From: Craspedostauros australis
Lineage: Eukaryota
Assembly: GCA_030167865.1 (NCBI GenBank)
Contig: JALAGF010002361.1
Location: 62,001 to 123,330 of the forward strand
Direction of reading: 5' to 3'
Length of the DNA: 61,330 bases
Position numbers and translations under genes: made by a program. The notes beneath the pieces were generated by a model. The model did no database searches and was not told where the DNA came from. It saw nothing but the letters and a program-made list of their open reading frames with translations. Shown one piece after another: positions 44,408 through 55,546 of the stretch (within the stretch, counting starts at the first letter, position 1; each line of letters opens with the position of its first letter).

Positions 44408-47224
44408 ATGACGGACAACGCTGATCATCCACCACCGCACATCCATCATGATGGCGGTGATGGAAATGGTAGCGACGATGGTGGAGATAAGGGAGCAGCA
44501 AGATCGGAGAAAAGAATAAGAGAGAAAATTGAGGCGGAGCCAGAGCGTGGTGGTACTGCCTGCAGTAGTATCTGTACGACTACCGATGATCCACAACAAC
44601 GTGTGATCGCCCACCAGGGCCATGATTCCAACAGCGTGGACAGAAGCAACAAAAAGCGCGCGACAGACCAGAACAGCATTGGCATCAATTTGGCTTCCGA
44701 TGCGCGTGAAGATGTTGTTGTGGAGCGTCATGCTGTCGCGCACCCTTCCATCAATTCTCACATAAATACGATGGTGCCGCTGCCACTCGATCAACGCGCA
44801 TCACTCCCGTCGATCTTGAATCCGTCGCTCTTTGCCAACGTGATCATGTACTGCGACGTCGTCACAATCCTCCGGCTCGCACAGATCACAACCGCATCGG
44901 GATCTTCACGACGATCAGCATCAGTACTAGGGGTAGATCCGCAAGTGGAAGATGGGAACAACGGGAGCTGGAGCCACAAGGTGTTTCACAAGTCCATCCG
45001 ATTTGCCCTGAATGCCTCCAAGACGCTGCATCTGAGCTTTCTGCAGACGCTGCCTTCGACACGGACACCTCCAAATCCGAACCAGCGGCAGCGCGATGTG
45101 GGTGATGAACAGGCATCAGCTGTTCGCAACCTTCTGGGATTCATCCATGAAAGATCGGAACTCAGATCTCTGGAGTGCTCTGGCCTCAAGCACATCAAAC
45201 GGCTCAGTCAAATTACCGGCGACGATGACGACAACGACAACGATAGCGACGAGGCCAATGGTAACAACAGGAACAATGGTGAGACAAGCGAGAATGAAAG
45301 CACCGCAGGTATCGGCGCAAACGCAAACGCAAGCACGCAGCATGATCCTGATGCGAACGCCATCGCGCTTCCCAACATCAGCGACGACGTCCGCATCCTG
45401 CGGACTTGCATGCGCTCGCTCAAGTACTTGAGCCTCAGCGGGTGCTCGCGCATAGACAACGGCATGTTGGTCGCAGCCTTTCAACATTACGACGGCGTCG
45501 GGCTGCTGCACTTGAATCTGCAGGGCTGTCGCAAGGTCAATGGCGATGTGCTGGATGCCATTGCAGCCAACAGCCGCTTTCACAAAATGCAGGGCATCTT
45601 CCTCGGCAGCTGTTCCACGGTCTCCAACCGTGCCGTCCATAACCTCCTCGATCATCTCAAATGCTTGGTGCATGTGGACCTTTCCTGTCTCAACCGTCTC
45701 AGGAACATGCACGAGGATGTGTCTCTGATGCGGCGTTTGCCATCCAAGATAGAAACGCTGTCATTGGCATTCTGCTCACTGGTCACCGTTGGGAATGAGA
45801 CCACACGACAACTCCATTCATCCATCGAGCAGTTGATGCAGCAACATCCTCATCATGCACAGCATCATGCACAGCATCATGCACAGCAACATCCACCACA
45901 ACAACAGGAACCGCCCAATCGCAGGCGCCAATACAGCGCCCAACGGCAACAAGGCCAGCAGCAGGGACAGTCCCAGCTGGAAGCATTGCAGAGCATGGCC
46001 CGCCGACTTCGGATCCGGCATACCAACATCAAGTCTTTGGATTGCAACAACCTGGGATCGCCGAGGATCGGTTTCGCCGAGGGCGCGCTGTCCTATTTTG
46101 CGATCGGTGGTTCCTTGCGAGAGGTCCATCTCAACGGATGCGAGAACGTTTCCGACGCAGATGTTCAGGTGCTGGCCATGACCTGCGCCGAGACGTTGAC
46201 GTGCGTGGAGTTCCGAGCGCTTCACATCGGCGATGATGCCGTCTGCGCTTTGGCCACGCATTGTCGGTATCTTGCCGATTGCGACTTTTCGGCATGTTTT
46301 CGCATCACCGATGATGCAATCACCTTCTTGTGCCAGATACGAGGATCGTGCTGGGACTTGGGTGGCAAGAAGCGGCGCAAACTGACGAGCTCCAGGATCA
46401 CATCGTTGAAGCTTTCATACCTATCATCGTTGACAGACGTCTCCATCCATGCCATCGCGGCATTGGATTCATTGGTGGTGCTGTTTGTAAACAACTGCAG
46501 CAACATCACACCCCAGGCCTTGGCATCAACCGCCAGTCATCTGCCGCACTTGGTGGATTTGGACGCGCGTGACATCGACGGAACGCTTTCGTCGCGGATG
46601 CTCGGTGGTGCCCACGGTGCTTCAGCAAGCATGAATGCAAATACAAACGAAGACGCAGATGTGAACAGAAGTACGGGCATCCTGCGATACCTCAACAAGC
46701 GACGGATATCGTCCGCCATCAAGGTCAGGCGCCCCAGTGTCTCGTCTTCGGATAGCTCTTCCTATTATACAACTACGGGAAACACTTTGGCCATCAACAG
46801 TCCTCCGGATCCGCTTCATCCGAACTGCTGCTCCGTGCGATACTACTCGCAACGATTGACGCAAGAGCTTGGCGTTCCATTGCAACGGATATACCACTGC
46901 CTCGAATGCGACCTGGTCCCCGCTTGCAACCGTGGCATTTGCAGCACCTGCCGGCAACGGTGCCATGGAACCCATACCACCTTCCTGGGTGGATTGGCGC
47001 GATTCTATTGCGATTGCGCATTCCAGATATCACCGTCCACTGACTGCATCAGCTTGGACCCCGCCGAGATATGTTTGGAGTGCGCAGGTGATGACGATGA
47101 GAAGACGACTGAGGTACAAGCCCAGCCATCGCCGGTGTTATCGTCAGCGATGCAACAAGCCACCGAGGCGTTGGCATCAGCAGGAGTTACGGAGACACAA
47201 GAAGAGGCGTCGACGCCGCGGTGA
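44408..47224 (+). CDS. F-box-like / leucine-rich-repeat protein with C-terminal UBR-box-type zinc finger (~938 aa)
   Basis: Cys-containing LRRs (LKYLSLSGCSRIDN, LHLNLQGCRKVN, LREVHLNGCENVSD, DFSACFRITD, LKLSYLSSLTD). Weak F-box-like stretch LPSILNPSLFANVIMYCDVVTILRLAQI. C-terminal Q.IY.C..C........IC..C...CH..H........FYCDC. Start taken at ATG 44408 (uncertain). Confidence 0.78.
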   Translation: MTDNADHPPPHIHHDGGDGNGSDDGGDKGAARSEKRIREKIEAEPERGGTACSSICTTTDDPQQRVIAHQGHDSNSVDRSNKKRATDQNSIGINLASDAREDVVVERHAVAHPSINSHINTMVPLPLDQRASLPSILNPSLFANVIMYCDVVTILRLAQITTASGSSRRSASVLGVDPQVEDGNNGSWSHKVFHKSIRFALNASKTLHLSFLQTLPSTRTPPNPNQRQRDVGDEQASAVRNLLGFIHERSELRSLECSGLKHIKRLSQITGDDDDNDNDSDEANGNNRNNGETSENESTAGIGANANASTQHDPDANAIALPNISDDVRILRTCMRSLKYLSLSGCSRIDNGMLVAAFQHYDGVGLLHLNLQGCRKVNGDVLDAIAANSRFHKMQGIFLGSCSTVSNRAVHNLLDHLKCLVHVDLSCLNRLRNMHEDVSLMRRLPSKIETLSLAFCSLVTVGNETTRQLHSSIEQLMQQHPHHAQHHAQHHAQQHPPQQQEPPNRRRQYSAQRQQGQQQGQSQLEALQSMARRLRIRHTNIKSLDCNNLGSPRIGFAEGALSYFAIGGSLREVHLNGCENVSDADVQVLAMTCAETLTCVEFRALHIGDDAVCALATHCRYLADCDFSACFRITDDAITFLCQIRGSCWDLGGKKRRKLTSSRITSLKLSYLSSLTDVSIHAIAALDSLVVLFVNNCSNITPQALASTASHLPHLVDLDARDIDGTLSSRMLGGAHGASASMNANTNEDADVNRSTGILRYLNKRRISSAIKVRRPSVSSSDSSSYYTTTGNTLAINSPPDPLHPNCCSVRYYSQRLTQELGVPLQRIYHCLECDLVPACNRGICSTCRQRCHGTHTTFLGGLARFYCDCAFQISPSTDCISLDPAEICLECAGDDDEKTTEVQAQPSPVLSSAMQQATEALASAGVTETQEEASTPR

Positions 47225-47454
47225 ATATCCATGCCCTCTTGCCTATCCTTTCCTTTCCTTCGCTCACGTCGAGCTAGAACGGTGAGAGGCTGGTGGATAC
47301 CCCATTGGCCGTCGGGCCGCCGTTTTGCGGGAAGCAACTTCATACTTCATCCTCTTGCCGGTCTCTGCTTGGTTTTTGGTAGAATCTCTCCATGAGATTA
47401 CACAAAATCTCAACACAGTTTTCTTCGCCATACTCGGGCGTAACATTCCTTAAA

Positions 47455-49125
47455 TCAGTCTTCCATTCCAACCGTCGCCCTGCCGTGCCTTCGAATCAAA
47501 TGCTCAGGTGCTGCAAGATCCTGGGTACAGTCATCGTAGATAAGGTTGTAGTGTCCACCTGGGAGGATGTCAACGACTTCTGCGAAGAACCAGTAACCAT
47601 CACCATGGTAGTTCGACTGAACGAGCTCGCCGCGCTTGAATGGCTCATCCACATCAAGTCCGACCGATTCTCCTTCCGCCGCGATCAGATGCCTCTGTCC
47701 TTTCTGTTCTTGTTTCTCCTTCACGAACTCTGTCTTGAAATGTGCCGAATAGTGTTCTGGAATTGGCTCCAGCTCGCCGACGCCCTCCAGCAAACGGAGG
47801 GCCGTGTCTTCACCAATATCTTTGACGAACTGCGTCAACCAGCTGCTGATGTCTTCAGAGACGTAGTGGCCCGATCGAACATTGAGATCGTAAAAGCGCG
47901 CCAAACGGAAACCAAGCCCGCGCTTGTCACCGACGCGGTAAAGCCTGCGGATCGTATTGGTTTGGAAGCGAAAGAGGTGTGACCCGATATGGCGTGCGAG
48001 TACGAGGAATGCCGCACATTTGATCAGGAATTCATTGATTTTCAAGCAGTTCACAAAAGGTGAGACAAGATCAGGAAGAAGAAATTGGAACTCAAACGTT
48101 CGCTCAATAAGGAACACAACATGGCATGATGCATTCATAGCCGCGTTCTCATACACAACAATGGCAGATGAAACAGACAAGTAAAAGCGGGAAACATGGC
48201 GCAAAGAAAATCGAAGTCGCCCCTCTTACCATTGTTCTTTCGTTCCCATGTAGTGATTCACAATCAACGGTGTTTGCTCCGCACGCAGATACACTTCGCT
48301 CGTGCAGACGGACAGCGGGCGATGCGGATTTCCTTCGTTGTCCTCGTCCCATAGATCCGCGAATTTAACGTTGATGATGACCTTGTTGGGCACTCGCACG
48401 TGACGTTTGCAAGTCACGTCAAAGTTCTCAGGCCGATACTCTTCGCTATGCTGCCCGTACCGTCTCCAACGCAAGGTCTGGAAGTGATGGTAATCTATCG
48501 GTGACTCGATATCCATTGCGTGCTGATCTTCGCGGGTTGTGAATTGCCGGCGGTGCAAGGGAATACAAGGCGAATCGAGCTTTGGGAATTGCTCATTGGG
48601 GATGGTCAAGGAATTCAATATCGCGGCGACCGAGCCCTGTTTTCCGGGACGGTGTGCCTTGATTAGGTTCTTGGGAGATGCGCTGTTCTTCTGCTCTCCC
48701 TCGTCTTCATTGCTGTCATTGTCAGCATCATTATCACCATCGTCTCTCTCAATCGAGGAAGAATTGTCATCGGCTTGCTTCGTTTCTAGCACAGGGTTTG
48801 GCACGAGGTACTCGTCCGTGTCCGTCATCATGACCCACGTTCGGTTCAGCTCCTGCATATCTCTCAAGCATTCGATGTTGAACATGGCCTGCCGGGTCCT
48901 GTGATTCTGCAGATCCACATTCTTTTGACGCAAGCCGTTGGTAGCAAGTTTTTTCACGACCTTTTCGAAATTGAGCGGCAGGAAGTCCCCGCTATCCCAT
49001 TCATCGATGATCATGCGGTCGCGCCATCGATCCAACACCTTGGATGGCTTCGTCATGCTGTTCGGGTCCGATGTGATGATGAGATGCCGGAGGTTGGCAA
49101 CGTGGTAGTGGTAGGCAATCCATTC

Positions 49126-49164
<39 letters not shown>

Positions 49165-49695
49165 GAATGCCGAGTTGTGTAGAGTGGCGTTGAGCGAGAT
49201 GTGGTTGGAGTGATGGAACGTCGAGGTTGTGAGTAAGAATTGAATTGAACGGACCTTGGTCATTTGCAGTGTCGACAGATACAATCGACAGACATAGTGC
49301 AGTAAAGCCGCAGGGCCACAGGCTGCATCATGCGACAAAGCATCGATGCAAACCCCATACGCTTGCGTGCGCATGGTGCCAATGACTCGCGAACATTTTC
49401 CCATCCCACCCTGCAACGTACCAATGAGGAAGTGATTGTCATCCATCACGATCAAGCATGCCGCGACATGCTCGCTGGCATCGAATGCACTCTCTGGGAA
49501 TTCATGCGGCTTCACGTCCGCATTCGTTGGAGACGGACCCGTTTGTGTCAATGTGGCCACGGCCTCTGAGATGGATGGCTCGTACCACTGATGCAACAAC
49601 CTCTGCAAGAAGAATTGGACGTTGAGTGTGGTGAAGAGGCCGGCGTAAAGCAGGGTGGATATTCTTGGAGCAAGCCTCATCGTGGTCGATGGCAT
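47455..49695 (-). CDS. Type II membrane glycosyltransferase-like protein (GT92/GT-A-like family) with C-terminal Tudor-like domain, 3 exons, 552 aa
   Basis: Exons 49695-49422, 49124-48230 and 47944-47455 (GTACGT...CAG, GTAAGA...CAG; 1659 nt, in frame). N-terminal TM, ACL..MDDNH.L.EW.AYHY...LR.LI..DP.S, W.M.TDTDEY (DxD motif), K.II...H, NHY.GT.EQW.YR..D.R. Confidence 0.75.
49126..49164 (-). repeat. (ACA)13 microsatellite abutting an intron acceptor
   Basis: A 39-nt perfect (TGT)n run on the plus strand. Confidence 0.95.
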
Positions 49696-49986
49696 CCACT
49701 GGGGGTCGTCTCAATTGCGAAGGCGTGGCGATCGATGCTGATCAAGACTGAGCGGAAAGCGAGCGATGCAGACTCGGTTGTCACCACTGTCGTTTCGAAA
49801 GATGGTATCGGCTCGTGGTTGTGGATGCACCAGCTCGTCGTTGCAGATGGTTGAGATCAGTGATCAGTGATCGGTGATCAGTAATCAGTGCTTGATGGAG
49901 TCACAGTGAAGCGACGTTGACCCAACGATTTGATGTATTGTGTTGTGTTGAGACGAGATGGACTGGCTGTAGTGCGGCTGGAATAG

Positions 49987-50021
49987 TGTGATGTGTGATG
50001 TGTGATGTGTGATGTGTGATG
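49987..50021 (+). repeat. 7-bp tandem repeat (TGTGATG)x5 in an intergenic/5' region
   Basis: tgtgatg repeated five times. A second 7-mer repeat (GATCAGT) lies at ~49855-49890. Confidence 0.85.
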
Positions 50022-51000
50022 GAAGGATGAAGATGACGCGCTTTGAAGGACTCTGTGCACGTGCTGCTTGTCTCATGAACACTAAATACCTCCACCAAAT
50101 TTGATGATAATGACAACGATGATGGTGATGGCGATGCTGTTGTTTCGATGGCGTGGGGCACCAGGTTTTCGTGATCGAACACGTTCATTTGTGATGAGTG
50201 CGAGCACTGCAACGATGGGCAACACGAAGTGAGTACTCCCGCCACCATCACAAACACCAGGGGGACAGCACCAGCAAGAAAAGCAGCACCAACACAACAC
50301 ACAAACAACAAGAAAGAGGTCACGCTCCAACGCCAAAGAGCACCCACACGCATGCACACATGCGCACTCCTGCACACACATGGCGCAGCGAAATGGCATG
50401 GTCCTCCGCTTGCGAACAGATTTGTGAGCGGCCGAGTCACGGTGCACCGTGCGTTGAGCTGATTTTCTAATATCCATGACTCGAAAACACTGAACCAAAA
50501 ATCTGCACAACGCGCACGCTCCTGTCGTTGAATTAACGGTAAATAACGTCAAACCATTGGTTTGATGACGTCAGGCTGGGGATGAAACGTGAAGCACTCC
50601 CCACGATGCATCAAAATCAACCCCCCACGACAGCTCCGTTCTCGCCACCGTCATGATCTTGTTTGCCTCCACTGTGCTTCCAGTTTTGCGTTCGATCGTC
50701 ACACGTTGCGGTGGGACACGTTCAGAAGTTTGGCAAAGATCTGAGGTAGCAACAACAGCAACATCATCACTGTCGCCTACCACGAATTGCATTCGATTGC
50801 GAAGCCAAGCAAACCGATCTCCCACGCTCTCCCTCAGCACATCACATTACATCAAAGTGCATTTCATCACACCTTCGATTCATCGCACACGGACGGACAC
50901 CCGATTCTACCTGTCGATACAACTGATCTTGCACATCCAGCTATTCCACTGCTACAGCTACATTCACTCATACACAAACTCAGACAGCACCAACTTGACC

Positions 51001-52339
51001 ATGGGAATATTCGGACGTAAACAAGAGGCACCAGCTGCTGCCGAGCCAGCAGACACAGGAACCGCTGATTCCAGCGCTTGGATCTTGGACAATGGCTTTG
51101 CTGAGTTCGCGCTCATGCACACCAATGAGATTGTACGTCTTCACGAGAGCTGAGGCAGCGGGTTGTTGCCGAACCTTGTGCTCGTGTGGAGTATGCACTT
51201 CGATGATTCAGACTTTGCCAGTGCTGCAAGCGTGCATGTTCGTCTTCCATTGCCGCAACAATGATAATAGTCCGTTCACTCACTCACTCACTCATTGGTC
51301 GGCACTCGCCACTTCCATTCATGTTGTGACACAAACCACTGTGGCGCATGTTCGATATCACGTCATTCATCTCATCACATCACACCACATTGCTCACCTC
51401 ATGACGTCAACAATCATGTGTTCATACTCGTACGTTCACGCACGCTCATTCGTCCGTTCACGCACATACTCTACACGCATTCGATAGAAATACATGTGCA
51501 TGCTGGGATACACCTTCATGCACGGTAGCAAGGTCTTTGCCGCCATCAGCGACAAGGCACCATTCTCCTACCGCTTCATCAACATGGTCATGGCCTGCAC
51601 CGGCGGTGGCATCATGGTCCCCATCTTCATCAACGCCATCCCCGTCCCACTTGTGACGGATGCCTACCCCGTCGCCATCCTCATCTCGTACATGCTGCAC
51701 ACCCGTTTCCCGGTCCTGCGGGAAGTCCTCGCCCTGTCCCTTGTGTTCAAGGCGGCAGTCATGTTCCTGTACGAAGTCATGCGCGCGTTCGTCGTCGTCA
51801 AGCTGACCAAGGCCGCCGGCGCTGCCATTCCAGCCAGCGAATTCGATTTTGCCGTGTTCGGACCGATCTTCTGCGGTACGGTCGCAGGATGCGGCGGTGC
51901 CTTCCTGCCACTGAGCAAGGGTCTGGATCCCATCAAGGAGAAGGGATTGGCACCGCCCATGTTCTCCGCGTTCGTCGCCGCCACCTTTTACCATCTCTTC
52001 ATGAACACTTCCTTGAGCGAAGGCGTTGTGGATGCTCAAAAGAAGGCCCACGTCACTGTGGCGGCGTGGTTCTTCTTTTACAGCATGTACGTCAACGGCA
52101 TCTGGGCCAAGTTGGCGGGAACTTCGTCACCGCCGGTTGCGGAAAAGAAGACCAATGGAACTGCTGCTGAGGCCAAGAAGACCAATGGAACTGCTGATGC
52201 GGAAAAGAAGACCAATGGAACTGCTGATGCGGAAAAGAAGACCAGTGGAACTGTTGTTGAGGCCAAGAAGACCAGTGGAACTGCTGTTCAGGCCAAGAAG
52301 ACCAGTGGAACTGCTGTCAATGCCAAGAAGACCAAGTAG
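51001..52339 (+). CDS. TRIC (trimeric intracellular cation channel / TMEM38)-like membrane protein, 2 exons, 327 aa
   Basis: Exons 51001-51132 and 51488-52339 (GTACGT...TAG, phase 0). About 7 hydrophobic segments with two glycine motifs (MACTGGGIMV and GTVAGCGGAFL) as in the duplicated TRIC repeat. Ends in KKTK. Confidence 0.7.
52145..52336 (+). repeat. Coding 30-bp tandem repeat, 6 full copies plus a partial copy (10-aa units beginning KKT[N/S]GT)
   Basis: Units beginning aagaagacca(a/g)tggaactg at 52145, 52175, 52205, 52235, 52265 and 52295, with a partial copy at 52325. Confidence 0.95.
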
Positions 52340-52887
52340 AGGAGCGCATGGCAGTGCAAGTGTGTTGAAGAACCTATTAGCTCAGTTGATTTTGGAGTAG
52401 AGTGAAGCACCGTGAGATATATACGATCTAGTAGTGTCATATCGTTCATGTATTCGTTTGGTACAGCGCCATGTTTCTTCGTACGAGTCCTCTCTGGAGA
52501 GGATGGTTCCCAAGAGAGTCGCGCTGTTCAGAAGAAACACGATGTTAAGAGCTGGCAGAAGACTACAAACTGTAGAATCCAATCTCCTGCATCCTCGCAC
52601 GGGTACACCTGCTTCAATGAAGCAAAAGAGACAAATGAATGGGGAAGCTGTCGCGATGAATGGATCATGCGTTGAAGTTTATCGGCACACGCACAGCGGC
52701 AACTCAAACATGCAACGACAACCCAATGAGTATCATGCTTGTTCGATACCCTGTTTTTCTCTCTTTATTTTCATATTATGCTTGGTACAGTCTCGTGACC
52801 CTTCCCCTGTTGAAGACGTACGTAGAACTGGTACAAAAAATCTTACGTAGAATACGTTGAATCAGTACTGGGAGCGAAAACCCGACA

Positions 52888-55161
52888 ATGGCGAAACAAA
52901 AACGTGATGACCGTAGCCACAAAGCCGACAGCATGGCCTCGATACCACCTCCACCACCAGGCAAGCCTCCAGCAAAGGCCCCTCTCCCACCTGTCCAAAT
53001 CCCAGCTCCGAACGACCCGCGGGTCGCCGAGGAAGTAGAAATGACCGACGTGGCCACACCCACAGCAAAAAACACCAGCACCACGAACAAGGAAGGCTGG
53101 CTGTGGAGCCACGCGTTGGAACAACAATGGCGAAAAATGCTCAAAGAGCGTAACTTCGCGACGCGGTTGGTTCAACCATTCACAACACTCTTCGGGGAAG
53201 GCGACACCATCCACGATGCGACAAGATACGTTAAAGGACTGGCAGGGAACCCTCCGTTCGTCACCTCAGCCCAATGGTGCAGCATCTTCGAGAAAGCAAC
53301 CAAAAACAAAATGGAGCCAGCTGACAACACGCGAACCGTCAACCTCTACCTGCGTCTCATCAAGACAGACAACCTGTTCACATCCATGTGGAAGAGTGGC
53401 CAAGTCCGCGAGACACATGAATCAGCGGGATGGATCGCTGCTCGTTTGGTGTTCATGAAGGACAAGCACATCGACATTGACAACTTGGATGGAGAAAAAG
53501 CAATCTCACCCAACCCAGCACAGAAGAAGAAGCAAAAGACAAAGGAGATTCTCTATCTCAGGAGAGAGGCAAGCGACAAAACCAGGAACTCTGTCAACAA
53601 TGCGTTGTCCGACTTCCATAGAACCTTCGTCGATCTCCGGCTTCCAGCTCCACGCGACGGATCCAAGACAGCACCAGCGCAGGCCATCGAAAGCCTCAAC
53701 ATTGTGGTCGACTTTGTCTTTCAAAACGACGCAAACGCCAAATTCCTGTCCTGGCACCACGGAGCTACCAGACCCTGGACAAAGAGAGATGGGAAATGGG
53801 AGTCGCGAGAGACCGTCAAGCTGTTCGTCGAGAATCTGTACGCAAGAACTGGCAACACCATCTTCACGCGTGTGCTCCTTGCACACAAAAAGGACCTCAG
53901 CTCGTTTCAAGACGATGGCACCCTAATCGACGAGGGCATCCACATGAAGAAATCAGCCATCCAAGAGAAGACAATTGTCTCCGCAGGCTGGCTCTTCGGA
54001 AGCCACAGTACCACCAACAACAAGGATTTGGCAGAAGTCCTCGGAGGCCACAGCAAGGTCAAAGGAGTGATGGAGATTGAGATTCGTCTCAAAGAGATCC
54101 GCCTCAAGTCCGGGCGACAGGTGAAACGCAAGGAGTTCAAGGACAGACAGCGGGCGGCCCACATCATGTGTGGCCATTCAAAAGCCAAGGACTGTCGGGC
54201 CGCGATGAAGCGGATCTTCAACGAGAAAGGTGCTAGCCTGGTCCTGGGCAAACAACTTCGGTTTATGCCGGACGCCCTCGATCCAAGATTCGTGCCCTCT
54301 CCCAGGAAACTGCTGGGTCTGGAGTACATGGCGAAGGCGCAACACCGATTCGAATCCAAGATGTTGACCCAAGGAGTGGAATCCATTCAAGAGCTCGACG
54401 TACCCATGTCAGTCTACCTGGTGTCCCTCCGCGAGGTGATAATGAACTTCCGATCGTTCGCAAACCCCGAATACGCCCTCTTCGTGTCAGTTGACACTGA
54501 CAGAGCGGATCCCTTCCGAACCAATTTCGTGTACCACGAGGACCGACAGGTCGAGGCGCAGGAGGTGATCTCCAAGCTCCCGTTTCTGTGCCTTAAGCTT
54601 CTGGGGGGTAACTGCCATCATTGGTTTACCCCGTCAGGCTGGGCAGACACCGACAACTTCACGGAAGATTGGATCACAGGCTTTGTTACAGGCGTTGACG
54701 AGGACGAGATTGAGGAGTACACGGAAATCGCGCAGAGCGTTCTCCATTCAGACGTTGAGGCGATGGACTCCGTCTTGGCAGAAGACATGGGCTGGAAAGG
54801 AGCAGTGGACGACGAAGGAAGAGCGAAAAGGATCCCTCTCTTGAAAATCGAGATCGACTTAGACAGCATCCCAAAGAACCAGACCGGCGACAACCATACC
54901 GTTGGTTCGAACACCCTTGCCACATTCGCGGATATCTCCCTGCACCAACAGGTCGAGTTCGCGGGGCACGCCATGTCCAAGACAGCACGCACCAAGGCTG
55001 CCCGTCCAACCCAATTCGCCACAGATACTTCCGCGCTCCACGACGTCGAGATGCCGGCCACAACCAAAGACGGCGCAATCGTCTTCCCATCAGCGGCTCT
55101 TTCCCCGCTCCTCGAAGGATCGCATACAGGTAGCAAAGACGCCTCGGACGCCTCCAAGTAA
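52888..55161 (+). CDS. LINE ORF1 protein (757 aa)
   Basis: Long ORF directly upstream of and co-oriented with the RT ORF. Pro-rich N-terminus, basic core (IQE..IVSAGWLFGSH, RAAHIMC, LRFMP) and acidic C-terminal region. No host-gene domain recognised. Confidence 0.8.
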   Translation: MAKQKRDDRSHKADSMASIPPPPPGKPPAKAPLPPVQIPAPNDPRVAEEVEMTDVATPTAKNTSTTNKEGWLWSHALEQQWRKMLKERNFATRLVQPFTTLFGEGDTIHDATRYVKGLAGNPPFVTSAQWCSIFEKATKNKMEPADNTRTVNLYLRLIKTDNLFTSMWKSGQVRETHESAGWIAARLVFMKDKHIDIDNLDGEKAISPNPAQKKKQKTKEILYLRREASDKTRNSVNNALSDFHRTFVDLRLPAPRDGSKTAPAQAIESLNIVVDFVFQNDANAKFLSWHHGATRPWTKRDGKWESRETVKLFVENLYARTGNTIFTRVLLAHKKDLSSFQDDGTLIDEGIHMKKSAIQEKTIVSAGWLFGSHSTTNNKDLAEVLGGHSKVKGVMEIEIRLKEIRLKSGRQVKRKEFKDRQRAAHIMCGHSKAKDCRAAMKRIFNEKGASLVLGKQLRFMPDALDPRFVPSPRKLLGLEYMAKAQHRFESKMLTQGVESIQELDVPMSVYLVSLREVIMNFRSFANPEYALFVSVDTDRADPFRTNFVYHEDRQVEAQEVISKLPFLCLKLLGGNCHHWFTPSGWADTDNFTEDWITGFVTGVDEDEIEEYTEIAQSVLHSDVEAMDSVLAEDMGWKGAVDDEGRAKRIPLLKIEIDLDSIPKNQTGDNHTVGSNTLATFADISLHQQVEFAGHAMSKTARTKAARPTQFATDTSALHDVEMPATTKDGAIVFPSAALSPLLEGSHTGSKDASDASK

Positions 55162-55464
55162 GAGGTACAGCGGGAAGCATTGGAGAGACCTCAGAAACCT
55201 CTGCATCCACGACCGGCCCATACCGATCAACACATACATAAGAAAAAAAAAAAAAAAATCAGCAACAAAAACACACGACCAGAGACATCAAAGCACCCAC
55301 AGCAACAACACGAACGACAGACTACAGCCGACGACTAGGCATCCAGCAGCGACGACCATCACAAGACACCCGATACACAACAACAAGCACGGGACAACCG
55401 ACCATACACCAGCCAATCTGAGCAGCGCTAACACCACTCACACGACGCCAACTCCGCCACACCA

Positions 55465-55546
55465 ACATCAACACCTCACCACCAACACACCGTACCAATT
55501 ATACCACATCAACACCTCACCACCAACACACCGTACCAATTACACC
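55465..55546 (+). repeat. 41-bp tandem duplication in the LINE inter-ORF spacer
   Basis: acatcaacacctcaccaccaacacaccgtaccaatta(t/c)acc at 55465-55505 and 55506-55546, with one mismatch. Confidence 0.92.

Noticed and set aside
52735-52755. GTTCGATAC T-loop-like sequence near the LINE 5' end (possible tRNA target site)
   Set aside because: No cloverleaf or A-box can be built around it.
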